Assembly: GCA_041747375.1 (NCBI GenBank)
Contig: JBGTFH010000003.1
Coordinates: 8,324-72,323 of the forward strand
Source of the DNA: Acidimicrobiia bacterium
GTDB taxonomy: Bacteria; Actinomycetota; Acidimicrobiia; Spongiisociales; ZC4RG35
DNA: 64,000 nucleotides
Direction: 5' to 3'
The notes under the pieces were generated by a model. That model ran no database searches and was not told the DNA's origin. It worked only from the letters and a program-made list of their open reading frames with translations. Both the position numbers and the translations under genes were made by a program. How positions within the stretch are numbered: position 1 is the stretch's first letter; every line of letters begins with the position of its first letter. Below, piece after piece: positions 20,825 to 30,577 of the stretch.

Positions 20825-21780
20825 AGATCGGCCCGGTTGAGGGCCATCGACACATCCCCATCGACCAGCACTCTGGCGACGTATTCCGCCACCTCGACCG
20901 CAACATGATTTTGCGCCTCGTGGGTGGATGCACCGAGATGCGGTGTCAAAGTGAGGTTGGGCGCACTCAGCAGAGGACTGGATGGTGACAGCGGTTCTTC
21001 GTCGTAGACATCCAGCCCGGCCCCTGCGAGCTGCCCGGAGGCAAGTGCCCCGGCGAGATCAGACTCGTTGACCACACCTCCACGGGATGCGTTTACCAAA
21101 AATGTCCCTGGTTTCATACGCGAGATTGCATCCGCATCGATCATCCCCCTTGTCTCTTCGGTGAGCGGCACGTGACACGAAATGATGTCGGCTGTCTCGA
21201 TCACCTCGTTGAGATCGGTGAGACGGGATCCAATCTGCGAAGCTCGCTCCGGAGCCAGATATGGGTCGTAGATGACCACGTCCATACCAAAGGCCTGGCA
21301 ACGTATTGCGACTTCGGCCCCGATTCGACCTGCCCCGATCAATCCGAGACGACGTCCGCGAAGTTCGGATCCTTTGAAGATGGCCCGATCCCAGCGGCCG
21401 GCCCTGATCGATGCATCAGCCGCGGCGACTTGTCTCACCGTTGCGAGGATCAGAGCCATTGTCATCTCGGCGGCGGCGATGGTGTTACCTGCCGGAGCGT
21501 TGACTACGGCCACACCACGCTCGGTTGCTGCCGCAATATCGATGTTGTCGACACCCACACCGGCCCGTCCCACCACCCGGAGATTTGGCCCCACGTCGAG
21601 CATCACGGCATCGACCGTCGTCGCGCTCCGCACGATGAGGGCGTTGGCGTCATTCAGGGCTTGTGAGAAAGCTTCGGAGGTGGAGTCGTGTTGGTAGGCA
21701 ACGGAAAATCGGTCATCCAGGTTCAATACCGTGAGACCGGATTCCGCCACCTTGTCGGTGACCAGGACGAAGAATGTCAA
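20821..21780 (-). CDS. serA: D-3-phosphoglycerate dehydrogenase (short-form 2-hydroxyacid dehydrogenase)
   Basis: 319 aa with NAD-binding GLIGAGRIG and the catalytic R/E/H triad. Confidence 0.75.
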   Translation of the reverse strand: MTFFVLVTDKVAESGLTVLNLDDRFSVAYQHDSTSEAFSQALNDANALIVRSATTVDAVMLDVGPNLRVVGRAGVGVDNIDIAAATERGVAVVNAPAGNTIAAAEMTMALILATVRQVAAADASIRAGRWDRAIFKGSELRGRRLGLIGAGRIGAEVAIRCQAFGMDVVIYDPYLAPERASQIGSRLTDLNEVIETADIISCHVPLTEETRGMIDADAISRMKPGTFLVNASRGGVVNESDLAGALASGQLAGAGLDVYDEEPLSPSSPLLSAPNLTLTPHLGASTHEAQNHVAVEVAEYVARVLVDGDVSMALNRADL

Positions 21781-22874
21781 CGAAGCGCACCGCCGACCAC
21801 TTCGAGCAGTCCGTCGAGTTCATCGACGGTGTGATCGCCCATGTGGCCAATGCGAATCGTCGACTCGGAAAGCTTCCCGTAGCCACCCCCGATCACCCAC
21901 CCGGCATCCTGCACCCGATCAACGAGGGCGGGAGCGCCGGCGCCATCAGGCATCGACACACACGTGACTGTCGGGGAACGGTGGCCTTCCCCGGCGAAGA
22001 CTCCGACCCCGATTCCGTCGCTCTTCATGCTTTCGACCCACTCAAAAGTCCGCGCCTGCATGTCGAGGTGGCGTTGCCACCGGGCCTTCATACCTTCGGA
22101 AGACATCCGATGAAGTTGCACCTGGAGGGAATAGAGCAATGACACGGCCGGAGTCGCCGGGGATTGGTGCTGTTGCGCCTGGTCGACCAGATCGACCAGA
22201 TCGAAATACCAACCCTTGTTAGGGGCGGCCTTGGAACGGTCGAGCAGGGCATCGGAGGCGACGCCGAATGCCAGGCCGGGAGGAAGTGCAATTGCCTTCT
22301 GTGAGCCGGTGAGGATGAAGTCGATGCCCCATTCGTCGGTACGGGTCTCCACGCCGCCAATACCGGTGACTGAATCGACTAGCAACAGGGTTTGAGGGAA
22401 CCTGGCCACCACGGCGGCAATCGATTCTAGATCTTGGAGTGCTCCGGTTGACGTCTCCGATTGCGAGAGGGTGATGGCGTCGTAGGCCCCGGCAGAGAGA
22501 CGGGAGTCCAATTCGTCGGGGGAATGAACCGACCCCCAGGCGACCTCCCACCGGTCGACATTGTGACCGCATGCGGCAGCGATTTTGGCGAACCTGCCCG
22601 AGAATGCCCCATTGACGAGGCTCAAAACATCTCCGGCTATGACCCCGTTTCGGATAGCCCCCTCCATCAGGCCGCTTGCGGACGAGGTGGACACGACGAC
22701 AGTGCGCTCGGTCTGGAACAGGTCGCTCAGACCGGGTTCGATGTCTTGCATCAATTCGACGATCGCCGGGCCACGATGCCCGATCATGGGTTTGGTCTGG
22801 GCGGCGAGGACGTCGGGGTGGACTTCCGTGGGGCCGGGCAAGAAGAAGCGCCCGAACGGCTGTGAGGTCGTCAT
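21777..22874 (-). CDS. class V aminotransferase (phosphoserine/serine-glyoxylate aminotransferase-like)
   Basis: 365 aa with a PLP lysine region (TGSQKAIALPPG); it sits adjacent to serA. Confidence 0.65.
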   Translation of the reverse strand: MTTSQPFGRFFLPGPTEVHPDVLAAQTKPMIGHRGPAIVELMQDIEPGLSDLFQTERTVVVSTSSASGLMEGAIRNGVIAGDVLSLVNGAFSGRFAKIAAACGHNVDRWEVAWGSVHSPDELDSRLSAGAYDAITLSQSETSTGALQDLESIAAVVARFPQTLLLVDSVTGIGGVETRTDEWGIDFILTGSQKAIALPPGLAFGVASDALLDRSKAAPNKGWYFDLVDLVDQAQQHQSPATPAVSLLYSLQVQLHRMSSEGMKARWQRHLDMQARTFEWVESMKSDGIGVGVFAGEGHRSPTVTCVSMPDGAGAPALVDRVQDAGWVIGGGYGKLSESTIRIGHMGDHTVDELDGLLEVVGGALR

Positions 22875-22889
22875 TGTGGTCTTTCTTCC

Positions 22890-23195
22890 TCAACCATCAG
22901 TCAAGGAGATAGCGTATTTGGTTTTGTCTCGAAGTTCCCAGTCAACCACAAGGAGCTCGCCCGTTCGCTGATGTTCCCGGAGGTGGGCCAATGGGAATTC
23001 GTACTCCTGTCCTTCGATCGGGACAAATGTTATCTCGGTACCCGCCGCCAACACGGTGAAGGACTCGATTTCGACCAGCGTTCCATCGACAGCGGTCACG
23101 ACGCCAATGGTCGTCCCCTCAGATTGTGTGCAGGCGACCAACAGGAGCACCATGCCGACGACCCCGAGTCGGGCCGACACAGACGACACCGTCAT
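22890..23195 (-). CDS. small lipoprotein, hypothetical (terminal gene of oxidase cluster)
   Basis: 101 aa with a lipobox (LLVAC); its ATG overlaps the ctaF stop (ATGA). Confidence 0.45.
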   Translation of the reverse strand: MTVSSVSARLGVVGMVLLLVACTQSEGTTIGVVTAVDGTLVEIESFTVLAAGTEITFVPIEGQEYEFPLAHLREHQRTGELLVVDWELRDKTKYAISLTDG

Positions 23196-23503
23196 ACGGC
23201 CTGGACGAAGATGACTCCCAACGCGGTCAACACAATGGTGTAGAGACTGAGCGCCAGGACGAAACCTGCCGTAAAAAACCGGTTGAGCATCGGCGTCTCG
23301 TAGCGAAGGTGCATATACCAGCCCACCACGATGATGAACTTGGCCACCGCCAGGGCAATGAGGATCGCGGCATTGGCAAACCCCAGACCCAGTTCCCTAT
23401 CGATGTAATACATGGCCACTTCGATTGCGGTGAGCCCGGCAAGCACGACGGCGATCTTCCAGTACATCGCCGGGGCCGGATGGGCGGCGTGCTCGTCACT
23501 CAT
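23192..23503 (-). CDS. ctaF: cytochrome c oxidase subunit IV (actinobacterial/caa3 CtaF-like)
   Basis: Three TM helices in about 103 aa. Start taken at 'MSDEHAAHP', overlapping the ctaE stop. Confidence 0.6.
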   Translation of the reverse strand: MSDEHAAHPAPAMYWKIAVVLAGLTAIEVAMYYIDRELGLGFANAAILIALAVAKFIIVVGWYMHLRYETPMLNRFFTAGFVLALSLYTIVLTALGVIFVQAV

Positions 23504-24144
23504 GCTGGTGGTACCGAAAGTAGGTAGACGACGGTGAAGATCACGATCCAGATTATGTCGACAAAGTGCCAATAGAGCCCGACCAATTCGAGGTTGAGTC
23601 CGTGCTTATCACTCAAGCCGTCCTGTCGACGCGAGATTCCCCACAAGGAGAGGAGCATCAACACACCGATGGCGACATGGGCCCCATGAAAACCGGTGAG
23701 CAAATAAAAAGCAGATGCCGCCGGGTTGGTGGAGAGCGTCATGTCGTACTCGATTATGAACTCGGTGAATTCGAACACCTGGCCGCCGATGAAGATCGCT
23801 CCCAGGGCGGCGGTGGCGAAGAGCCACGTCCGGGCCCCGTATTGGTCGTGGCGGCTCAATGCGTTGTGCGCCAGGACCATCGTCAATGAGCTCATCAGAA
23901 GGACGAAGGAGCTGACCGATGTGAAAGGGATGTCGTAGATCTCAGCCGGATAAGTGCCGGGGAAGCCTCCACGGTTGGCATAGAGGAGATAGTTGGAGAT
24001 GAGGGCCCCAAAAAAGAGAAACTCCGAACTGAGGAAGATCCACATTCCGAGCTTGCGGTTGTCGATACCGGTCGACTCATGTTCGTCGTGATGACCCAGT
24101 TCACCGTCCAACGGGCCGACGTCGTGGGCGAGGTCACTCATCAT
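23500..24144 (-). CDS. ctaE: cytochrome c oxidase subunit III
   Basis: 214 aa with CtaE/CoxIII-like TM pattern (FHGAHV, LYWHFVD). Confidence 0.85.
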   Translation of the reverse strand: MMSDLAHDVGPLDGELGHHDEHESTGIDNRKLGMWIFLSSEFLFFGALISNYLLYANRGGFPGTYPAEIYDIPFTSVSSFVLLMSSLTMVLAHNALSRHDQYGARTWLFATAALGAIFIGGQVFEFTEFIIEYDMTLSTNPAASAFYLLTGFHGAHVAIGVLMLLSLWGISRRQDGLSDKHGLNLELVGLYWHFVDIIWIVIFTVVYLLSVPPA

Positions 24145-26197
24145 CTACCTCGTTGCCCGGCTCCTCGACCATTACCTGAGGCTCCTCATAGGCTTCCTCG
24201 TGCGGTTCCTTCATGGCTTCTTCCAGAGGTTCGATTCCCCATCCAATCAATGCGGACAGTGAGATCAGCGCGCCAACGACCATGGCGATCTTGCCGACCA
24301 TGGATTGGTGATAGATCACGCCGTAAAAAATGATCGGTAGCCCGGCGGCCATGACAATCGGGAAATATGACGGCGCGGGTAGATGAATCGGGACCGGCGG
24401 GTTGAGCCCGACGTCTTCGTAATAAGCGATCAGCGTGTCGGCCTCGGGTCTCCTGACGGCCCGGCCCTCGTCATCGTGGCCATACTTCTGATGCCAGAAG
24501 TCGTCCAACTGATTCACCACCGGTGCGACAGCGAAGTTGTACTCAGGAGTCGGATTGGGGATCGTCCACTCCAGGGTCCGTGCGTCCCAGGGATCGAGGC
24601 CCGACGGCTGCCCCCGCTTCTTCGAAGCCCACCAGTTGTACATGAAAACTGCAATCGAGAGGGCGATGATGAAGGCGCCGATGGTGACCACGAGATTCCA
24701 CGGTTCGAGACCGGTTTCAGGTGCGTACTTCCAAGTCCTCCGGACCATCCCTTGCAAGCCGAGCCAATGCATCGGGGCAAATGTGAGATTGAACCCGATG
24801 AACATCAGCCAGAAGTGGAGCTTGCCCAGCTTCTCGCTCATGAGACGACCACGAAGCTTGGGGTACCAATAGTAGAGGCCGCCAAAAATCCCGAAAATGG
24901 CGCCACCGAAGAGGACATAGTGGAAGTGGGCCACAATGTAGTAGGTATCGGTCTGTTGCCAGTCGGACGGGACGACTGCATGGGTCACACCGGATAGCCC
25001 ACCGATGGTGAACATCGCCACGAAACCAATTGCGAAGAGCATCGGCGTCGCCAGACGTATCTTGCCCATCCACATCGTACCCAGCCAGTTGAATATCTTG
25101 ATACCAGTCGGGATGGCGATAGTCATGGTCGCCAATCCGAAAGCTGCCTGGGCGACAGGGGTGATTCCGGAGGCAAACATGTGGTGCGCCCAAACGCCGA
25201 AACCGAGGAAAGCGATGGCGGCGCCCGCAAAGACAACCGCCGAGTATCCGAACAGTGGCTTCCGCGAGAACACCGGGATGATCTCCGAGACCATGCCCAT
25301 GGCAGGGAGAATCAGGATGTAGACCTCGGGGTGGCCGAAGAGCCAGAAAAGGTGTTGCCAGAGAATGGGGTCCCCACCCCCGGCCGCGTCGAAGAACAGT
25401 GACCCGAATTGACGGTCGAAGGTGACCATAAAAAGGGCCACGGCGATGATGGGAAGGGAGAACAACAACAAGAAGGCGGTCACGGTTGACATCCAGGCGA
25501 AGACGGGCATGCGAAGAAGACGCATCCCCTTCGCCCGCATGTTGAAAACGGTGACGATGAAGTTGACCGAGGAGATCAGGGATGCGAGGCCGAGGATCTG
25601 AAGTCCCAACGCCCAGAAATCGAGTGCGGTGCCTGTCGAATAGATCGGCCCGGCGTTGGGTTGATAGCCGAACCATCCTCCGTCGGGAGCGTCGGCGAGG
25701 AAATTGAAACCGCCGGGGCCTCCGCCCACCGGAAGGTTTCCATCTATTCCGCCGATTCCGTCGACACCGATCGGCGCCAGCGCGGATCCGAAGATGAAAG
25801 TGGAATAGAGAAAGATTCCCCCGAACAGGAAGATCCACCACGAGAGTGCATTGAGTCTGGGGAAGGCCACGTCGCGGGCACCGATGAGCAAGGGGAGCAT
25901 GTAGTTCATGAACGCTGCTGATACCGGCATCACGAAAAGGAAAATCATGGTCGTTCCGTGCATCGTGAACAGAGCGTTGTACGCCCCGGCAGTCAGGAAT
26001 TCCGAGTTGGCCTGAGCAAGGTGGATCCGGAGCAGTAGTGCCTCCACGCCGCCGACGATGAAGAAGAAGAACGCGGCATATCCATACATGATCCCGATCT
26101 TCTTGTGGTCGACTGTTGTGATCCACGACCAGAACCCGGTGTAAGACTTCGGTCTCCTGAAGACAGTTGAGGCGGGTCGCTCGGCGGTGGCGGTCAC
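24134..26197 (-). CDS. ctaD: cytochrome c oxidase subunit I with about 100-aa two-TM C-terminal extension
   Basis: HCO signature (WFFGHPEVY, heme/CuB His ligands). The GTG start (VTATAERP) overlaps the ctaC TGA (GTGA). The ATG at 26302 would instead overlap ctaC by 108 nt. Confidence 0.85.
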   Translation of the reverse strand: MTATAERPASTVFRRPKSYTGFWSWITTVDHKKIGIMYGYAAFFFFIVGGVEALLLRIHLAQANSEFLTAGAYNALFTMHGTTMIFLFVMPVSAAFMNYMLPLLIGARDVAFPRLNALSWWIFLFGGIFLYSTFIFGSALAPIGVDGIGGIDGNLPVGGGPGGFNFLADAPDGGWFGYQPNAGPIYSTGTALDFWALGLQILGLASLISSVNFIVTVFNMRAKGMRLLRMPVFAWMSTVTAFLLLFSLPIIAVALFMVTFDRQFGSLFFDAAGGGDPILWQHLFWLFGHPEVYILILPAMGMVSEIIPVFSRKPLFGYSAVVFAGAAIAFLGFGVWAHHMFASGITPVAQAAFGLATMTIAIPTGIKIFNWLGTMWMGKIRLATPMLFAIGFVAMFTIGGLSGVTHAVVPSDWQQTDTYYIVAHFHYVLFGGAIFGIFGGLYYWYPKLRGRLMSEKLGKLHFWLMFIGFNLTFAPMHWLGLQGMVRRTWKYAPETGLEPWNLVVTIGAFIIALSIAVFMYNWWASKKRGQPSGLDPWDARTLEWTIPNPTPEYNFAVAPVVNQLDDFWHQKYGHDDEGRAVRRPEADTLIAYYEDVGLNPPVPIHLPAPSYFPIVMAAGLPIIFYGVIYHQSMVGKIAMVVGALISLSALIGWGIEPLEEAMKEPHEEAYEEPQVMVEEPGNEVDDE

Positions 26198-27312
26198 TTG
26201 TTGCTCCCCAGCCAGGCGATCAACGAGTCGATCTCTTGTTCTGTCAGGGCCAGGTTGGGCATATAACTGCCCGGCTTGATCTCCGGCGGGGCGGCCAACC
26301 ACCGTTTCAGGGCCTCATCGTAGGTCTCACCCTCCTCGGGGAGGACGGCGCCGGCGAAGACATTCCGCGACGCAAAATGGGTCAAATTGGGGCCTTCGAA
26401 ATTGCCGGCGGCCACGATATTGGAATCTGCTTCATTCTCGTGGACGACCGTATGACATTGTGTACAGCCCTTGGACAGGAAGATCTCCCACCCGTCCCCC
26501 TCCGGGGTGCCCTCGGCAGGGAGCGCAGCCGGCTGGAGCTGGCCCTCTACCCAAGCTTCGTAGTCGGCCTCGCTGACGGCCTGCACCCTGGCGCGCATCA
26601 GGGAATGGGAGAGCCCGCAGAACTCGGCGCAGTGCCCCCAGAATTCCCCCGGCTCGTCGGCTTGAAGCCGAAGCAGAGTGGTCTGGCCCGGGATCAAATA
26701 CCGCTTCCCATTTAGTGCGGGAATCCAGAAGTTGTGGATCACGTCGTCTGATGTCATCTGGGCGCACACCTCACGCCCGGCCGGGATCACCATGACATTG
26801 GCGGTCTGGATCCCCTCCTCCGGATAGCGGAACTCGAACCACCACTGATGACCGATGACCTCGACCTCCATAGCATCGGACCCGCACTCTGTCAGTTCGA
26901 ATATCGCAGAAACGGTCGGCACCGAAATCACAGCCAGGATGATCGCCGGGATCACGGTCCATATGACTTCCAGCTTCGGGCTCCCATGGATCTGCTTGGC
27001 TTCCTTTTCACCACCCTTGTCACGAAACAGGAACACGATCAACAGGATTGCACCCTGGACAAGGACAAATACCACTACTGCGATCCAGAACACCGGCCAG
27101 AACAAGCCATTGATTTGCTCGGCGAAAGGACCCTTCGGATCAAACGTCGTCAGCGGTTGGTCGACCTCTTCGAAAAGTGAACAAGATGCCAGAAATAGCG
27201 ACATCCCGCCCAGTAGCAGAAGGCGTGTCCATCGTTTCGGGGTTGGAACCATTGCGCCGGCATCATAAGGTGTCTTTCCCGGGCCAACCAACTTCATCCG
27301 CAAGCGATTCAC
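26194..27312 (-). CDS. ctaC: cytochrome c oxidase subunit II fused to C-terminal cytochrome c domain (caa3-type)
   Basis: CuA ligands (H...CAEFCG..H..M) plus C-terminal CTQCH heme c motif. The N-terminus has a lipobox-like LASC. Confidence 0.85.
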   Translation of the reverse strand: MNRLRMKLVGPGKTPYDAGAMVPTPKRWTRLLLLGGMSLFLASCSLFEEVDQPLTTFDPKGPFAEQINGLFWPVFWIAVVVFVLVQGAILLIVFLFRDKGGEKEAKQIHGSPKLEVIWTVIPAIILAVISVPTVSAIFELTECGSDAMEVEVIGHQWWFEFRYPEEGIQTANVMVIPAGREVCAQMTSDDVIHNFWIPALNGKRYLIPGQTTLLRLQADEPGEFWGHCAEFCGLSHSLMRARVQAVSEADYEAWVEGQLQPAALPAEGTPEGDGWEIFLSKGCTQCHTVVHENEADSNIVAAGNFEGPNLTHFASRNVFAGAVLPEEGETYDEALKRWLAAPPEIKPGSYMPNLALTEQEIDSLIAWLGSNK

Positions 27313-28145
27313 CCTGCCATCACATCCTCGAGGGCATTAGCCAAATCGTTATCGGAAACAGCCCCCTCGAAGAGGGAAGAGACGATGCCCGTCTCATCAA
27401 CGACATACATCCACGGTTCGCTGGGAAGCCCCCAATCTTCAACTGCGTCCACCACGACGAGGTCGGTGGCTGACTCCACCTGGAGATCCTGGTACACCTC
27501 GACATGGATGAAGTCGACGCCCGGATAATCGGGACGGAGCCGCTTCACCTGGTCGAGCATCGGGCCGCAAGCCTGACTGGCACAAAACGCAGGTGTGGCG
27601 AAAACGATCATCGTCGGTCTGCCATTGGAGACGGCCTCGTCGACCGACAACTCGTAGAGGGCCGGGTCGGGATCGGGATCTGAGGAGATCGTCGCCAGAT
27701 CGGGAAATTCTCCGACCGTCCGTGTTGGTGTCGCCGGGGCCGATTCGCCGCGGAAAATGTTGACGGGGTCGTCCACCGCAGTGAACCCACTGGGACCGCT
27801 CTCGTTGAACCCTTCGGCCTCGACCGTGATCTGGTAAACGCCGGCTTCCGGAATGTCGACCGTCGTGCTGTAAATCCCGCGCTCGTCGGGCACGGTCCAT
27901 ACAAACTCGAGATCGTACGTACCAACCGGCGTCCCATTCTCGTCCCGGAGCAAGAGCGTGGCTTCCCGGTCTTCGGTTGCGAGGAACTCATTGGTGGCGA
28001 CGTCGACGAGTGCGACCAGAAGTCGCTGTTCGCCGGTGCCGATCGACAATGGACTCGAAGCCACCACCGCCAACGGCGTCGTCGTCGAGCTACAGGCGGA
28101 TGCCACAGCGCAGAGCAACCCGAATGCCAGGAACCGGACCTTCAT
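27309..28145 (-). CDS. lipoprotein with C-terminal thioredoxin-like domain (C-x4-C), possible oxidase assembly/copper factor
   Basis: Start 'MKVRFLAFGLLCAVASACSS' (lipobox) overlaps the ctaB TGA (TGATG). The C-terminal motif is FATPAFCASQACGP. Confidence 0.5.
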   Translation of the reverse strand: MKVRFLAFGLLCAVASACSSTTTPLAVVASSPLSIGTGEQRLLVALVDVATNEFLATEDREATLLLRDENGTPVGTYDLEFVWTVPDERGIYSTTVDIPEAGVYQITVEAEGFNESGPSGFTAVDDPVNIFRGESAPATPTRTVGEFPDLATISSDPDPDPALYELSVDEAVSNGRPTMIVFATPAFCASQACGPMLDQVKRLRPDYPGVDFIHVEVYQDLQVESATDLVVVDAVEDWGLPSEPWMYVVDETGIVSSLFEGAVSDNDLANALEDVMAG

Positions 28146-29053
28146 CACCTGACCAGCACGTCGAGCATCACCGCAGCGAACAGAGCTGAAAGGTAAACGG
28201 TCGATGTGGTGAAGAGGCGCATCGCCTTGTCCGGGTCTTTGTAAACCGCCCAGGTGTCGTACAGAAACCAACCGCCGAGGCCGAGTGCCGCAACCAGGTA
28301 GATCCATCGCATGCCGGACGTGGGAACCAGGATCAACGACACACCCACCATCAGTGCGGCGTAGAGCAACATCCGTCTCGCCGTCGCCTCGACACCGGCA
28401 ACAACCGGAAGCATCGGCACCCCGGCACGCTCGTAATCAGATCGATACCGCACGGCCAGTGCCCAGAAATGGGGAGGCGTCCAGTAAAAGACCACAAAGA
28501 AGAGGATCCATGCCGGGAGTGCAAGTGTCCCGGTCACGGCAGCCCAACCGACGAGAACAGGTGCTGCCCCGGCGGCACCACCGATGACGATGTTCTGTGG
28601 TGTGCGGCGCTTCAACCCGATCGTGTAGACGAAAACGTAGAACAAGAGGGCCGCAGTGCTGATCAGGGCTGCCAGGAGGTTCGACGTGGACCAGAGGACG
28701 AAAAACCCGGCAGAACCAAGAACGATTCCGAAGATGAGAGCCCTGTCCGGCTCCACCTCCTGGCGGGCCAGAGGCCGCGATCTGGTCCGTCGCATGATCT
28801 CGTCGATATCACGGTCGTAGACACAATTGAGGACGTTTGCCCCGGCTGCCGACAGCGTTCCCCCCAACAATGTCGCAACCACCAACCACCAGCCCGGCCA
28901 TCTACCCGCAGCGAGGACCATTGCCGGAACCGTTGTGATCAGGAGGAGCTCGATGATTCGCGGTTTGGTCAGCGCGACATAGGCGCCAATGCGGGACCGG
29001 GCAGGCAGGTCGACTTTGACCGAAGGAATGGTCTCAGCAGTCACGGCGACCAC
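28145..29053 (-). CDS. ctaB: protoheme IX farnesyltransferase (heme O synthase)
   Basis: 302 aa UbiA-family protein with the CyoE/CtaB motif (NCVYDRDIDEIM..RT..RPL). Confidence 0.85.
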   Translation of the reverse strand: MVAVTAETIPSVKVDLPARSRIGAYVALTKPRIIELLLITTVPAMVLAAGRWPGWWLVVATLLGGTLSAAGANVLNCVYDRDIDEIMRRTRSRPLARQEVEPDRALIFGIVLGSAGFFVLWSTSNLLAALISTAALLFYVFVYTIGLKRRTPQNIVIGGAAGAAPVLVGWAAVTGTLALPAWILFFVVFYWTPPHFWALAVRYRSDYERAGVPMLPVVAGVEATARRMLLYAALMVGVSLILVPTSGMRWIYLVAALGLGGWFLYDTWAVYKDPDKAMRLFTTSTVYLSALFAAVMLDVLVR

Positions 29054-29078
29054 GGTACCCGTATCCAGGAATCAGGCA

Positions 29079-29222
29079 CTATTCGTCGTCCTTGCCGACC
29101 TCAGCAGATGCTCTCGCACGCGCGCGCTTCTCAGCCCACCGGATTGCCCACAGCGCCAGTAGAGCAGGCACGACAAACATCCCGACCTCATCGATACCGC
29201 CGTAGTGGGCCAACGTTCTCAT
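29079..29222 (-). CDS. 47-aa single-TM peptide (MRTLAHYGGIDEVGMFVVPALLALWAIRWAEKRARARASAEVGKDDE), hypothetical
   Basis: Its ATG overlaps the stop of the upstream 12-TM gene (ATGA), and it ends 25 nt before ctaB. It has a hydrophobic core plus a basic tail. The longer Arg-rich ORF-track version was rejected. Confidence 0.3.
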   Translation of the reverse strand: MRTLAHYGGIDEVGMFVVPALLALWAIRWAEKRARARASAEVGKDDE

Positions 29223-30577
29223 CCGGCGAGAATCACTAATCCGAGCGACGTCAGGGCCACCATGAGCACAAGCATTGCATATTGGGACCTGACCGCGTCC
29301 GGCCCGAAGTCGACCAGAGCGCGATCGTGGGCCAGGACGACCCCGAGCACGTGGCCGACCACGATCACGGCCAATTGGAAGTACCAGATCGGTTCGGTCG
29401 CCGTGATGAAGAAATCTACCGGCCGATCGGCAGTCCCGAAGAGGTCCCAACCAAGAGCGAACGGATCCGAGATCGAGGAGAACAGCTGTTGGCCTTCGAA
29501 AATGATCAGGGTGAAGTAGTGAGCGACGGCATAGGCGAGGGCGATGGGAACCAGGGTATGGGCAAATCGTCGTGCCACCCTGCCCGCATCTGTTCCTTCG
29601 GATAGTCGCGCCGCTAGCCAGGAGGCCGACCAGTAGGCGGCAGACACCACCGCGATGCACCCGAGTAGCAGGACGGTCTGGCCCAGAGGGCTTTGAATCA
29701 GGCTTTGCGTTGCTGCACGGAACCAGACCGTTCCACTGGCCCCGTCATAGGTGACGGTGCCAATCGCCGCCAATACGAAGAACGTGAGTCCGGGCCACGG
29801 GGCCAGGACGGGCAGGGCGCGGAGCCATCCGCGCCACACCAGATACCCATCGCCATCCCGCCCGAGAGGTGAAATGGCCGAAATGATGCGGTTGTAGCCC
29901 GTGAACAAGTCGGCAACAACCAACCCGGTCTCCCGGCCGAGCAGCGCCATCGAACCGAACAAGTAGCCCGAATATATGATCGCCGCCCAACCCAATGCCA
30001 CCGGACTGCCCGAATCGGGGCTGATCAACTCAAACCATGCGAAAGCGACGAGAGCCACGCTTGCCGGCCAAATCCCGAATCGGTCGAGCAGGGCATTCTT
30101 CTCGGTTTCACCGATCCGGAGCGCCGATCCGATGGAACCCCAGGGGTTGATCGCCCGGTACAAGTTTCCAATAAATGCGGCGAGGAACGGGATGACGAGC
30201 CACATCACCACCCATACCAGGACCGGGGCAATCGTGGGCCGTCCACGAACCTGTTCTATTCCCAGCAGACTCGGGACGACCTGGCCCACCACCAACAGCA
30301 AGCCCACGACTCCGGCAGCCCCCAGCGAGACACCGAGCCAGCGAGGTATGACAACCAACCGCCGTTCGCTTATCGGGCGATTGAGCCTGGGTTCGGGCCA
30401 GAGAAGCGCAAGGGCCACGAAAGACAGAACGAGGACACCCGCGGCCGCGACCACGAAATAGGAGAGAGGCACCGGGAGGTCAAGGCGGCCCCCGATACCG
30501 TGGGCGAGAGCAATTCCCGGTGACAGAAATACCAGGCCTCCCGCAACCACAATTGCTGCCGGGAGGCGTCTTATCAA
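29219..30577 (-). CDS. polytopic (about 12 TM) membrane protein with Sec signal peptide; mature N-terminus begins with His (AHG); function unknown
   Basis: 452 aa. Signal peptide is MIRRLPAAIVVAGGLVFLSPGIALA|HG. Conserved His pairs sit in TM segments; its stop overlaps the small peptide's start. Confidence 0.55.
   Translation of the reverse strand: MIRRLPAAIVVAGGLVFLSPGIALAHGIGGRLDLPVPLSYFVVAAAGVLVLSFVALALLWPEPRLNRPISERRLVVIPRWLGVSLGAAGVVGLLLVVGQVVPSLLGIEQVRGRPTIAPVLVWVVMWLVIPFLAAFIGNLYRAINPWGSIGSALRIGETEKNALLDRFGIWPASVALVAFAWFELISPDSGSPVALGWAAIIYSGYLFGSMALLGRETGLVVADLFTGYNRIISAISPLGRDGDGYLVWRGWLRALPVLAPWPGLTFFVLAAIGTVTYDGASGTVWFRAATQSLIQSPLGQTVLLLGCIAVVSAAYWSASWLAARLSEGTDAGRVARRFAHTLVPIALAYAVAHYFTLIIFEGQQLFSSISDPFALGWDLFGTADRPVDFFITATEPIWYFQLAVIVVGHVLGVVLAHDRALVDFGPDAVRSQYAMLVLMVALTSLGLVILAG

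Noticed and set aside
29079-29660. 193-aa ORF overlapping the 3' end of the 12-TM membrane protein gene
   Set aside because: The N-terminal 146 aa are Arg/Gly/Pro-rich nonsense overlapping a strong gene in another frame. Only the last 47 codons, from the ATGA-coupled ATG, look like a real small ORF; those are reported separately.
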